DNA from: Candidatus Aenigmatarchaeota archaeon
GTDB taxonomy: Archaea; Aenigmatarchaeota; Aenigmatarchaeia; Aenigmatarchaeales; JACQIB01
Assembly (NCBI GenBank): GCA_016198755.1
Contig: JACQIB010000005.1
Span: 191,271-255,270 of the forward strand
DNA: 64,000 nucleotides
Reading direction: 5' to 3'
A program made the position numbers and the translations under genes. The notes beneath the pieces are model-generated. The model saw nothing but the letters and a program-made list of their open reading frames with translations. It was not told the DNA's origin and did no database searches. Below, one piece after another: positions 8,489-18,426 of this stretch (position 1 is the first letter of the stretch; each line of letters opens with the position of its first letter).

Positions 8489-9685
8489 ATGAAAATAGCC
8501 ATATTCTCAGATTGCCATATGGGTTTTGATTATGGGGGACCAAGGGGAGAAGATAGTTTTTCCGCCTTTGAAGAAGCTTTGGAAAAGAGCAAAGATGCGG
8601 ACATGATTCTTGTTGCAGGAGACTTATTTGATATGAGAGTTCCTAGGCAGGAGGTTTTTGCGCGCGGTGCAAGAATACTTAGTAGGGTCAGGGAATGGGA
8701 CGGAGGGGCAAAATTTGAGAGTATTATAGGGAAGAAAGCGGAAGATGTTTCGCCGCTTAGCCTGAAAGGGAAGCCTATGGTTGTTATAAGCGGAAACCAT
8801 GATCGCAGGTCTCCACATTTAACAAATCCTGTTCAGGCACTGGAGCATGCTGGTTTACTTCTACATTTGCACTGTTCCACGGCTGTGTTTGATATAGAAG
8901 GTAGGAAAGTTGCTGTTCATGGAATGAGCGCTGTGCCTGAAAGGTATGCGAAGGAAGTTTTGCTGTCTTGGAACCCCAAGCCACTGGAAGGGGCTGTAAA
9001 TATTTTCCTTATACACCAGAATATTGACCCCTATATTTTTAACCCATTGGAGCCGCCTTCTCTAAAACTTGAGGATTTGCCTATAGGTTTTGATTTGTAT
9101 GTCATGGGTCACCTGCATTGGAATGATACGCAGAGATTCAGGGGCAAGAATCTTCTGGTAGCTGGTTCGACAACTCCAACAGGGCTGCACAAGATTGAGG
9201 CTGAGCAGAAAAAGGGAGTTTTCTTTTTCAACGGAGAATATCTGGATTTTTCACCTTTGATAAAGCAGAGAAAAATTTTCTGGGAAGATGCTTACCTTTC
9301 ACCGACAATTAAGGAAGATATGGATAGAACTATAGGAAAGATTGTTTCTGCTGAAACCGGAAAGCCCATTATTGTAATTAAGGTAAAGGGAAAGCTGCCT
9401 ATTGGTGCCCATGTTCCAAGTTTCAGGGATATAGAATTAAAGTATGATGAAAAAGCGTTGCTGTATATTTACACAAACTTGGAAGGGCAGGAATTTGAAA
9501 GCCAGCTTGATCTCATTAAATCCCTTAGGGAACAGAGACTTTCCCCCGAAGAGTATGGTTTGCAATTGTTAAAGGAAAATCTAATGCAGGCGAAGTGCGG
9601 TATAAAGGTGGAGGATATTTTTGAACTGCTAGTGGAAGGACAGACAGAAGAGATTTATAGCGGTATTGTGGGTGGGAACAAATGA
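8489..9685 (+). CDS. mre11: DNA double-strand break repair nuclease Mre11
   Basis: SDCH, GDLFD, GNHD, GHLH motifs; upstream of rad50. Confidence 0.93.
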   Translation: MKIAIFSDCHMGFDYGGPRGEDSFSAFEEALEKSKDADMILVAGDLFDMRVPRQEVFARGARILSRVREWDGGAKFESIIGKKAEDVSPLSLKGKPMVVISGNHDRRSPHLTNPVQALEHAGLLLHLHCSTAVFDIEGRKVAVHGMSAVPERYAKEVLLSWNPKPLEGAVNIFLIHQNIDPYIFNPLEPPSLKLEDLPIGFDLYVMGHLHWNDTQRFRGKNLLVAGSTTPTGLHKIEAEQKKGVFFFNGEYLDFSPLIKQRKIFWEDAYLSPTIKEDMDRTIGKIVSAETGKPIIVIKVKGKLPIGAHVPSFRDIELKYDEKALLYIYTNLEGQEFESQLDLIKSLREQRLSPEEYGLQLLKENLMQAKCGIKVEDIFELLVEGQTEEIYSGIVGGNK

Positions 9686-12054
9686 TAAAGAAAATATCGC
9701 TAAAAAACTGGAGGTCTCATTCTGATACTGAGCTGGTTTTTTCAGATGGAACAAATGCGCTTATTGGGCTTATGGGAGGCGGGAAGAGCTCTGTGCTTTC
9801 CGGCATATGCTTTGGGTTGTTTGGAACTTTTCCGGAGCTGCAGAGCAGGAAAGTAAAGCTGGAAGATGTTATAATGAAAAAGCCAAAAGAACAGAAACAG
9901 GCTGAAATTTCCGTGGTCTTTGATTTGGGAGATGGCATTGACTGGACTGTTAAGAGGGTTATTTCAAAGGGAAAAAGTACGGAAGCTGAGCTTAGGAAAA
10001 ACGGACAGATAGTAGAAGCACAGGTACAGAAAGTAAACGAAGATGTGGAACGATTATTGAAAATAAATTATGACCTGTTTACCAGGGCAATATACAGCGA
10101 ACAGAACCAGATAGATATGTTTCTTACAATACCAAAAGGACAGAGAATGAAAAAGATTGATGAAATTCTGGCTATAGACAGGTTTGAAAAAGCTAGGACA
10201 AGCACAAAAACTCTGGGTGGAAGAGTCAGGCTGTCTGCCGATGAAAAGAAGACCATTATACAGGAACTTGAGAAGGATTCTGCTGTTCAGATGTTATCCG
10301 GATTAAAGAGTTCTATTGAAACTCTCAGGAAAGAAAAGGAAAGAATAGAGCAACAGCTGAAAACAGCCAAGAACAGGAGAGCGGATTTGGAAAGGGGTAT
10401 AGATGAAGTTAGGAGAAGAGAAAAGGAAAGGAGAGAAATAGAGGACGGAATGAAAAGTTTTACGGCTCTTATAGAAGCTGTGGAAGAGGAAATAGACAAA
10501 CTAAAAGAAGATCTTATGGATTTTGTTGAGAAAACTGATGAAGAGATTGGAGAAGGGTTTCAGGAAAAGAAAAAAGAATTAGAAGGGTTGGAAAGGGAGG
10601 TGGAGGATGAAAACAGAAAGTTGTTGTCATTAAAAGAAATGCTGGGAAATAAACAGGGAAAATTGGCTGGTATGGAAGAGAAAATACCTGAAACGAGGAA
10701 AAAAATAAAAGAAAAGGAAGAATTGGAAAAAATACTGAAAAGGGGTGGGGTAAAGAAGGTTCTTGGAGAAATAGAAAAGAAGAGGGGAGAACTTGAGAAA
10801 TCTGCAGCAGCTGTTCAGGCAGGCATAGAAAGAATTGCTGAAGCTGAAGAAGGTCTGAGAGAAATAAAGCGGGTTGAAAGCATTTGCCCTATATGTGATA
10901 ATCCTCTGGGTGATAAGAAGAAAGAAAATATAATAGAAAGGAAAGAAAAACTTATATCAAAATTAAAGCTGGATGTAGAACATGGTGGGGATAGGGCTGA
11001 AAAGTTGAGGGTTGAAATAAAAGATCTGGAGAAAGAACTAAAAGAAGTTGAAAATATTGAGTTTAAGCTTTCGCAGCTGGAAACTGTTGGAGCTGAGTTA
11101 AAGTTTTTGGTGGACGCTGTTAAACAGTTCAAATTGGATATACAGCAGATTAATACAGAAGTTAAGATGGCTGAAAAAGCGCAGGGATTGTTTAAAGGGA
11201 GGTATGAAACTCTGAGAAATGAGTATGATAATATAAAGAGGGTTCTGGAAAAGAGAGCTGAACTTTCAGGAAGGGTTAAGAGGAGAAAGGAAATAGAAAC
11301 AAATATTATAGGTTTGCAGGAAAAATCACAGAGGCTTGGCCCTCTTGGCTCGCTGAGCGCAGAAAGCATGGAAAGGGAATTACAAACTGCTATTGGATTT
11401 GAGAGCGCCGCTTCTGTAAGAATAGAAACATTGGGGGACAATATAAAAGAAAAAGAAACGATTTTGGTTGAAACTGAAAAGAAAATGGAAACAATAGAGA
11501 AGATAAGGGCTGAAAGCATTAAGATGGAAACTATAGCTGAACAGCTTGTTCTTTTGGAAAGTTCCCTGCTTGCAACACAGGAGCAGCTAAGAAGGTATTT
11601 TGTTTCTGCTGTGAATCAGGCTATGGGCCTTGTTTGGCAGAACCTTTATCCTTATGGGGATTTCAAATCCTGCAGGCTTGGGATAGAGGAGGGGGATTAT
11701 ATTTTGCAGTTACAAGATTCAACTGGATGGATTCCTGTGGATGGTGTAGCCTCTGGAGGAGAAAGATCTATAGCTGCTTTGGCACTGAGGATTGCTTTCG
11801 CCCTTGTTCTGGCTCCGCAGCTGCGCTGGCTTATTTTAGATGAACCAACCCATAATCTGGATGAAAAGGCAACGCAGGAACTGGCTGCTGTATTGAGAGA
11901 TAGGATTTCAGAGTTTGTGGAACAGGTTTTCCTTGTAACACATAACCCTGAAATGGAGAATGCTGTTTCAGGATATTTGTATAGGTTTGAGAGAGCTAAA
12001 GAAAAGGACGAACCCTCGCGTGTTACAATGATAAGCGGGCCGCAGCTCACATGA
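9682..12054 (+). CDS. rad50: Rad50 ATPase
   Basis: Walker A GLMGGGKSS, coiled coil, CPIC hook, SGGE, LILDEPT. Confidence 0.95.
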   Translation: MIKKISLKNWRSHSDTELVFSDGTNALIGLMGGGKSSVLSGICFGLFGTFPELQSRKVKLEDVIMKKPKEQKQAEISVVFDLGDGIDWTVKRVISKGKSTEAELRKNGQIVEAQVQKVNEDVERLLKINYDLFTRAIYSEQNQIDMFLTIPKGQRMKKIDEILAIDRFEKARTSTKTLGGRVRLSADEKKTIIQELEKDSAVQMLSGLKSSIETLRKEKERIEQQLKTAKNRRADLERGIDEVRRREKERREIEDGMKSFTALIEAVEEEIDKLKEDLMDFVEKTDEEIGEGFQEKKKELEGLEREVEDENRKLLSLKEMLGNKQGKLAGMEEKIPETRKKIKEKEELEKILKRGGVKKVLGEIEKKRGELEKSAAAVQAGIERIAEAEEGLREIKRVESICPICDNPLGDKKKENIIERKEKLISKLKLDVEHGGDRAEKLRVEIKDLEKELKEVENIEFKLSQLETVGAELKFLVDAVKQFKLDIQQINTEVKMAEKAQGLFKGRYETLRNEYDNIKRVLEKRAELSGRVKRRKEIETNIIGLQEKSQRLGPLGSLSAESMERELQTAIGFESAASVRIETLGDNIKEKETILVETEKKMETIEKIRAESIKMETIAEQLVLLESSLLATQEQLRRYFVSAVNQAMGLVWQNLYPYGDFKSCRLGIEEGDYILQLQDSTGWIPVDGVASGGERSIAALALRIAFALVLAPQLRWLILDEPTHNLDEKATQELAAVLRDRISEFVEQVFLVTHNPEMENAVSGYLYRFERAKEKDEPSRVTMISGPQLT

Positions 12055-13558
12055 AAGCCTTTGCATCTTTCATTTTTTCTGAATGGTTTCCAGAGAACTC
12101 CAAACAGGCTTCCTCAAGAGGAATTCCTTTGTCTGTTTTCTTGCTTCTCCTCTCCCTTATCTTTAGAAACAGTGGGTAATTAACAGCCTCCCCCACAATC
12201 AGAGCTTCGCCAACTCTGAGAGAGGAAATTGTTTTTAAAACATCAGCTGTTAGGCCTTCGGAACTTTTCCCTATATGGTCCAAATCATAGGGGTTTGTTA
12301 CTCTCAAAATCATGTGGGAGTTGCACTGGCTGAGAGCTGTGGTAGAGAGCTGGATAGGACGCTGGGAAATTAGGCAGAGGCAAGCGTGGAATTTTCTGCC
12401 TTCGCGCGCTATTCTCTCAATAATGTTCCTGCTTATTGCACCTTCTCTATGAACTCCTTCAGGAGCAAACTGATGCGCTTCCTCCACAATCAAAAGGAAG
12501 GGGGGTATTGCAGAAACCATTCTGGCTTGGAACAATTTTCTTGCCAAGTAAGTTACAACAATCTGCTTTTCCTTCTGGTTTGTCATATCTGAAATATCTA
12601 TAACAGTAAAATGCCCTGGACGGGCAAGTTTATCCAGAGAAGGGTTATCATAGCTTGCGAACAAATTTGTGCTGTCCAGATCGTAAATATAGGTATAAAG
12701 TATATTGCGTGTATCTGATTTTTTTATTATTTCATCTGTTTCAAGTTTTTGCAAAACATCCCTGAAATCGAAAGGCTTTCCCCTGCGTTCCTCGTTTATA
12801 AGGGATAAGAGCCTGTTAAGTTCCCTCTTTTGAACAGCACTCATGTCTGGAACAAGCTCAGCAACCATTGCTGCTGTTATCCCAGGTACTCCTATCCTAA
12901 AATCTTTTCCTTCTATGACATCAGCTTTATCAGAGTAGCGCTTGTCCTCTGAAAAGCCTGTATATTCCCCGTGGGTATCTATTGCAATAACAGCAATCTG
13001 CCCGTTTTCAGGGCTTCTGTCCAAAAGTTCCTCTATAAACACAGAAACTCCATAGGATTTTCCGGAACCGCTTATACCGAGTATTGCTGTGTGTTTCTGC
13101 AGCAAACGGGTCATGTTAAGCCTTACAGGTAGAGAGTGGTGCTCTACTGTTCCCAGCTCAAGTCCTTTCTCTAAGTCCAGCCCAAAGAATTTTGACAAAA
13201 GATCGTTCTCAGCCATAAAAACCTTTGATCCAGGAGAAGGTGGAAAAGCTGAGCGCTGCAGCCTGCCTTCATTATAAACCCCTAGGGAAAGAGCCTCTGC
13301 AACAAGATACTCCCAGCGCTCTGCAGGAAACATTTCTGCTAAAGGCCTTCCGGAACGCTCAAATTCCCTGACACTTTCTGCACGCTCAAAGTACCTGTTA
13401 GTTTTTATTATGTCTGCTATTCTTGCCACAACCTTTCCCTCAGCTGTATCAACAGTAACAAACTGACCCTTTCTGGCAGATGAAGAAACAATAAATGCAA
13501 ACTCAGAGGAGTTTGGATTGCCTTCTGTTGAAATAACTGTTCCTAAAGGTTCTGGCAT
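12047..13558 (-). CDS. herA: HerA helicase/translocase
   Basis: HAS-barrel N-terminus, GISGSGKS, DTHGEY, EEAH, REGRKF, SQRP. Confidence 0.93.
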   Translation of the reverse strand: MPEPLGTVISTEGNPNSSEFAFIVSSSARKGQFVTVDTAEGKVVARIADIIKTNRYFERAESVREFERSGRPLAEMFPAERWEYLVAEALSLGVYNEGRLQRSAFPPSPGSKVFMAENDLLSKFFGLDLEKGLELGTVEHHSLPVRLNMTRLLQKHTAILGISGSGKSYGVSVFIEELLDRSPENGQIAVIAIDTHGEYTGFSEDKRYSDKADVIEGKDFRIGVPGITAAMVAELVPDMSAVQKRELNRLLSLINEERRGKPFDFRDVLQKLETDEIIKKSDTRNILYTYIYDLDSTNLFASYDNPSLDKLARPGHFTVIDISDMTNQKEKQIVVTYLARKLFQARMVSAIPPFLLIVEEAHQFAPEGVHREGAISRNIIERIAREGRKFHACLCLISQRPIQLSTTALSQCNSHMILRVTNPYDLDHIGKSSEGLTADVLKTISSLRVGEALIVGEAVNYPLFLKIRERRSKKTDKGIPLEEACLEFSGNHSEKMKDAKAFM

Positions 13559-13629
13559 TCCTAAAAAAGTGCAGTGGAAGGATAAATAGATATTTATGTG
13601 CTGACAGCAGATATTCTTGGGGGTTTTCT

Positions 13630-13905
13630 ATGGGTAGATTACAAATAGTAGATTTTGTGCCTGGTCAAACGCCTGTTAATTCTGCTGATCCCCTTAAACT
13701 TCCACGTTACATGAGACTAAAAGATGTACCGATTGAATTGGCAGACAAAGCTCTTGTAGGAGGTGTTGTATATAGGAATAATGGGGATGTTTTTTATGCA
13801 GATAAAAATGGAAACGGATTTAGGGTTCCGCAGGATGTTTTTGTTGTTGGGATGAGCAGGGGATATGAATGGTGGAAAGATACACCTGATAGACCAGCAA
13901 GTTAA
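13630..13905 (+). CDS. Hypothetical protein
   Basis: 91-aa ORF after TATA-like element. Confidence 0.6.
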   Translation: MGRLQIVDFVPGQTPVNSADPLKLPRYMRLKDVPIELADKALVGGVVYRNNGDVFYADKNGNGFRVPQDVFVVGMSRGYEWWKDTPDRPAS

Positions 13906-13940
13906 GCATTGTTTTTAAGTGTTCTGCAATAACCTTTTAT

Positions 13941-14669
13941 ATGAAGTTCCTGCTAGACAATGCACTGCTAATTGGAAAAACACTGGCTATAGCTGATTTG
14001 CATTTGGGTTTGGAGAGATCTCTGGGAGAGAAAGGAATAAGCATACCACCACAGACAAAAAAACTGGAAGCAAGAATAGAAAAGATTGTCAGAGAAACAA
14101 AAGCCAAAAAGATTGTTTTTGTTGGGGATTTCAAGGACAAAGTTATGGGTATAAGTCTGCAGGAAAGGAGGGAGATACCTGAGTTTTTAAAATATTTTCA
14201 GAAAAAGCTGAAGATTGCAATTGTAAAGGGAAATCATGATGGGAATCTGGAGTTCATAGTACCAAATGGAATTAAAATTTATGGGAGTGAAGGATTTAGG
14301 GATGGAAAAACAGGATTTGCACACGGGCATGCTTGGCTTTCAAAAGATATACTGAAAGCTGAGAGGGTTGTGCTGGGAGATTTGCATCCTGCAGTTGAGT
14401 TTGTTTCCGGAAGGTCGAGAGCTGTGGAACAGATATGGATACGTTGTCCTGTTAACAGACAGTTTTTAGAGAAAAAGTTTAAGGTAAAAGTTAATCTGAA
14501 GGAGGCTGTTATAGTTCCTGCATTTAACAGGTTAACTGGCTCTGCTCCAATAAACAGGAAAGGGTTTAAGATGAATGGGCCTATAGGAAAATTTTTAGAC
14601 TGGAAAAACGGGGATATTTTTCTTACTGACGGAACATTATTGGGAAAGCTGAAAGAATTTAAAAATTAG
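13941..14669 (+). CDS. Metallophosphoesterase (COG1407-like)
   Basis: ADLHLG, GD, GNHD, HGH, PAFN. Confidence 0.9.
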   Translation: MKFLLDNALLIGKTLAIADLHLGLERSLGEKGISIPPQTKKLEARIEKIVRETKAKKIVFVGDFKDKVMGISLQERREIPEFLKYFQKKLKIAIVKGNHDGNLEFIVPNGIKIYGSEGFRDGKTGFAHGHAWLSKDILKAERVVLGDLHPAVEFVSGRSRAVEQIWIRCPVNRQFLEKKFKVKVNLKEAVIVPAFNRLTGSAPINRKGFKMNGPIGKFLDWKNGDIFLTDGTLLGKLKEFKN

Positions 14670-14727
14670 AATTATTTTTATCTAGCCCAAGCTAACCATA
14701 AGCAATACCCATAGCAAGATTAGTATG

Positions 14728-15018
14728 CTAGAGGACTGTTAGTTTTCCCTGTTTCCCTACTCCCAACTGTAGTTCTCCCTTAAACTCTTTTGTAAAGCCG
14801 CCGGCTATTTCTACTTTCTTGCCTTCTGATATGCCTTCTGCCTGATTGCCCCAAAGAGTCAGCTTTATGGTTTTTCCAGAACCGTCATCTAAAGTGGCTT
14901 CAGTAAGTGTAGTCTGGGAACCAAATTTAGTGTTAACAGAGCGCGGCTCTGAAACACTTGAAACAGTTGCTTGTAGGTTCACATTATTTTGGCCTGAGGT
15001 TAGTTCTGAAATTTTCAT
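14728..15018 (-). CDS. ssb: Single-OB-fold ssDNA-binding protein
   Basis: MKISEL...LDDGSG.IKLTLW...FKGELQL. Confidence 0.85.
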   Translation of the reverse strand: MKISELTSGQNNVNLQATVSSVSEPRSVNTKFGSQTTLTEATLDDGSGKTIKLTLWGNQAEGISEGKKVEIAGGFTKEFKGELQLGVGKQGKLTVL

Positions 15019-15464
15019 GCAGCTACTCCCCCTTCATCATCTTCTGTAGATTCTGTCTCTTCTGTTTCTTCTACACTTGCTTCAGACTCTCCGCCTTCAG
15101 CTGGTGTTGCCCCCTCTGTTTCCTCTTCTCCCTCTCCCTCAGATGCTGGTGCTGACCCGCCAGAAACAACCTCTGCAACCGCATGGCGACCGCGTACTTC
15201 TTTTATCTTTATTTTTACGTTGTCTCCTTTTTGTGTTCCGGGCACGAAAATAACAAAGTTGTTTATCCTTGTTATACCATCTCCCTTGCTTCCGGTTTCA
15301 GTTATCTGGACCTCGTATTCGTCCCCTTCCTTCACCGGCTTTTCTCGTGTGTCTTCTTCTCTACTAAATCTTGGCCTTCCTCCGCCAAATCCTCTGCTGC
15401 CTCCTCCACGGAAGCCTCCTCTATCTCCTCCTCTATCTCCTCCTCTTCTACCAAAGTCTCTCAT
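15015..15464 (-). CDS. TRAM-domain RNA-binding protein with RGG N-terminus and acidic tail
   Basis: PVKEGDEY.V.I...GSKGDGI....FVIFVPG; GGAGG RBS. Confidence 0.9.
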   Translation of the reverse strand: MRDFGRRGGDRGGDRGGFRGGGSRGFGGGRPRFSREEDTREKPVKEGDEYEVQITETGSKGDGITRINNFVIFVPGTQKGDNVKIKIKEVRGRHAVAEVVSGGSAPASEGEGEEETEGATPAEGGESEASVEETEETESTEDDEGGVAA

Positions 15465-15595
15465 TCAATTCAACCTCCTTTATTTTTTTATGCCTCAGTT
15501 CAGTAAGAAATAGACCTTTTTTGTGTTCTCGGTCACACCTTACCTACCTTTTAGGCTTCTTTTTATTATGCGATAAAGGTTTATAAAGTTGTGCA

Positions 15596-16228
15596 TTATA
15601 CGCTTTCCGAACCCGATAAAAGCCCCCTTTCCTTAAGAACAGCTTCGACAATGGGTTTTGTACCAGTGTGTACTGTTAACTGCTTGCTGTTTGAAGGTGG
15701 GGCAGATTCAACTGCAAAGAGGTAGGGACACTCACCCTCCCTCTCAGCACCCCTGTTTACAACAGCTATAGAAACTGGAATTCCAGCTAAATTTTTCGGG
15801 GGTTTCGGAAGTTGTTCTATGCTATTTACCCTTTCAATTTCCTTTCCATCTGGAGAACCTGTTAAAAAGTAAATTTCCAAAGCATGATGTGGAGGGTGTA
15901 GATAGTATCTTGTTAAAGCAGCGCCTCTTTCTATGAATTCTGCTGGCAGGTCAACCCTGTCTCTACACCAAGGTTTATTGTGCCCTGGTCCACTACCTTG
16001 ACCTGGTGTATCATAAAAGAAACCAACTGAATTTACTATAGTCTCTTTTCCTGCTGGCTCTGGTTTTATAGAAAAGAGGGGAGTATAGGTTATACCTGGT
16101 GGTGCATACCCTGAAAAAAGCCAAACTCCCCTGCCTTCTATTGTCCTTGTATTTACTTTCCATCCATCCAATTCCTGTGGATGGGACACTGTACAATGCC
16201 TTCCCAGATTAAACCTTACTCTGCTCAT
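15596..16228 (-). CDS. Hypothetical protein
   Basis: Long ORF, probable start MSRVRF. Confidence 0.6.
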   Translation of the reverse strand: MSRVRFNLGRHCTVSHPQELDGWKVNTRTIEGRGVWLFSGYAPPGITYTPLFSIKPEPAGKETIVNSVGFFYDTPGQGSGPGHNKPWCRDRVDLPAEFIERGAALTRYYLHPPHHALEIYFLTGSPDGKEIERVNSIEQLPKPPKNLAGIPVSIAVVNRGAEREGECPYLFAVESAPPSNSKQLTVHTGTKPIVEAVLKERGLLSGSESV

Positions 16229-16279
16229 CAAAACAGATTGTGTGGATAGAAATAAGAATATGCTGCACAAAGCTTTTCT

Positions 16280-16423
16280 ATGGGTTTGTTGGAGAGTTTG
16301 ATTGGTATAGGAGCTGTTATTGCTGTTGTACTTATTGTATGGAAAATTTTTAAGAAAGTGCTGGGTGCTGCTATATTGCTTATAATATTGCTCGTGGTTC
16401 TAAAGCTTGCTGGATTTTTTTAG
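16280..16423 (+). CDS. 47-aa 2-TM membrane protein
   Basis: Manual: MGLLESLIGIGAVIAVVLIVWKIFKKVLGAAILLIILLVVLKLAGFF. Confidence 0.7.
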   Translation: MGLLESLIGIGAVIAVVLIVWKIFKKVLGAAILLIILLVVLKLAGFF

Positions 16424-16819
16424 ATTTTTATACTGCTTGTACAGGGCTTCCACTGTTTTGCTGTCTATCCTTTTCCTCTCCAACCCTCCCTTTCCATCAA
16501 ACTGAACCCTGTTATGGGAGAGTAAAGCCCCTGAAAAAGATTTGGGTATATGGATAAGCTCGTGCAGCAGAACCTTTTCCTTTTCTTCTTTTTCCAGCTT
16601 GTCAAAAGCTTCTGAAACAACTTCTATTATATAATGTGCTTCTATGCCCATTGCAGCCTGCCATATTTTAGGAAAATTCCATATTCTGGCTATTGCCCTG
16701 CTTTTGCTTCCATGGGAACGGAAAAAACGCAGCCTGTTTGTTTTAATGTGGGAAAACTGCAGAGTTTTAACTAGGTCAGAAACAGTCTCTTCCAGATCTG
16801 GAGCAGGCTCAAAGCGCAT
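16400..16819 (-). CDS. Putative metallopeptidase (phage-type, HExxH)
   Basis: Start MRFEPAPD; RAIARIW, LLHELIHIP. Confidence 0.85.
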   Translation of the reverse strand: MRFEPAPDLEETVSDLVKTLQFSHIKTNRLRFFRSHGSKSRAIARIWNFPKIWQAAMGIEAHYIIEVVSEAFDKLEKEEKEKVLLHELIHIPKSFSGALLSHNRVQFDGKGGLERKRIDSKTVEALYKQYKNLKKSSKL

Positions 16820-16852
16820 CCATTTATTAAGTTTACTAAGCAGTTTAAAGTT

Positions 16853-17278
16853 ATGGTTGCTGAGGATTATGTGGAAGAGACTCTGGAAGAGCCTAAAAGG
16901 AACAGCAGTGTGAAGTACTCTTTCTTTCCTGATGATGCAAAGTATAATAGAGAAAACAGAACAGTTGGGCTTTATCTTGCTCCACCTTTGGTTTTGCCTG
17001 AGTCTAGTATAGAATTTGACCAAAAGGTTGCTGCAGACAGGACTTTGTATGCAAATGGAAAGGATTTGATGGTTTTGGATCACAGCCTTCCGCGCACATG
17101 GGGATTTACTGACAGGGAAAATGTAGTGGGCATAAATCCAAACCATCCTTCGCGCGCAGACAGGGAAGATACATGGATGCATGAGATTAGGTGGCATGTA
17201 TGGATGGGAAAGGGGGATGATTATGATACTGGTTTCTGGGTGGAAAAGGAAAGAGAACGGGGGAAAAGTTATACATAA
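16853..17278 (+). CDS. Hypothetical protein with HEIRWH (metallopeptidase-like) motif
   Basis: 141-aa ORF divergent from metallopeptidase. Confidence 0.55.
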   Translation: MVAEDYVEETLEEPKRNSSVKYSFFPDDAKYNRENRTVGLYLAPPLVLPESSIEFDQKVAADRTLYANGKDLMVLDHSLPRTWGFTDRENVVGINPNHPSRADREDTWMHEIRWHVWMGKGDDYDTGFWVEKERERGKSYT

Positions 17279-17281
17279 TAG

Positions 17282-18376
17282 TTAGAATGGACGTTGTTCT
17301 CTCCTAAGTTTCATTAAGCTGGGGGTTATTCCAACCCTGTCAACTAATTGATCGTGCAAAGAATTTACATCGTTTTCCTGAAGCTTGGCTCGGAAATCTG
17401 CCTCAATCAATGGAGCTGGGAACCCATAGCTGTTATGTGGAGAAAGGCTTAGAACTATACTGGCGATTTTGTTTGCTGTTTCTATTGGATTGCCTAAAGA
17501 GAAAAAGTCTATGCGGACAGGCCTGTCAAACTCTGCTGTTTTCAAATAAAAGGAAAATATTTTCTCCCCATAAGGCTGCAAATCTGAAAGGATTGGATGA
17601 TCGGAAGGGTTTTTTGAGTAGCGGAAAACTGCTGTGCGCTCCCCTTTTCTTAGTGTATAATAAAGCAGATTTGTATCGCGTGTGCTTGCTAAAATCCTCC
17701 TTAGCTCCTCTGCTTTTGGGTTATTCAGCGCTGATAAAATACTGCTGGATACAATTTCACAAAAGCTTCTGCCTCTGCTGTCCTCAACGCAACCAGCTAA
17801 CAAACTTCCTGAAGAGGATTTGTAAAGGGAAATAAAGCTGCGCAGCACAGATTCATACCTTTCCCAGGCTGCGCTTGTTTTTGCTGGTTTATCCTTCCCA
17901 TGCGGAACAACAGAACCATCCAATAAAAGTAGTTGAGGAGGGAATTTTGAAAAACATTCTGCAGCAAGCTCTATCTCTCCTCTTTCCCTTTCAAGGCTGC
18001 TGGATAAGAAAAACTCTTCCTCTGAATAAGGATCTGATATTATTGTTAAGGTCGGAGTAACAATTGAGTGAGGGTGGTAATCTACTTTATCCAGCTTTCC
18101 CCCCAAGTAATCAAAAACGACAGCAACCGCTCTTGTCAGTATAAGGTCGATACCGTGATAAGAATGCTGAGAAAGTCCCCCGTCAATTGCAATAACTTTT
18201 TTTCCATCTAAAAGATCCGGAGTGGCTGTGTAAATCAGGTTTGGTTCCAGTACATCTCCGGACAGCTCAACTTTTTCAGAAACTTCGCGAAGGAAATGCC
18301 CTAATTTCTCGCGGTTTGTTTCAAGCGTGCGAATCTTTTCAGCTATCTCTGGAAGCTTTGAAAGAAGTTCATGCAT
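17282..18376 (-). CDS. nurA: NurA 5'-3' nuclease
   Basis: AIDGG, LLDGS, YGFPAPLIEAD. Confidence 0.9.
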   Translation of the reverse strand: MHELLSKLPEIAEKIRTLETNREKLGHFLREVSEKVELSGDVLEPNLIYTATPDLLDGKKVIAIDGGLSQHSYHGIDLILTRAVAVVFDYLGGKLDKVDYHPHSIVTPTLTIISDPYSEEEFFLSSSLERERGEIELAAECFSKFPPQLLLLDGSVVPHGKDKPAKTSAAWERYESVLRSFISLYKSSSGSLLAGCVEDSRGRSFCEIVSSSILSALNNPKAEELRRILASTRDTNLLYYTLRKGERTAVFRYSKNPSDHPILSDLQPYGEKIFSFYLKTAEFDRPVRIDFFSLGNPIETANKIASIVLSLSPHNSYGFPAPLIEADFRAKLQENDVNSLHDQLVDRVGITPSLMKLRREQRPF

Positions 18377-18426
18377 GCTGGGAGTTGGTGCGGAAAATAC
18401 TTAAAGGTGCTTTGCTAAGAGAAAGT

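Noticed and set aside
10815-11519. 234-aa minus-strand ORF
   Set aside because: Antisense to the Rad50 coiled coil; Ser/Phe/Leu-rich mirror composition
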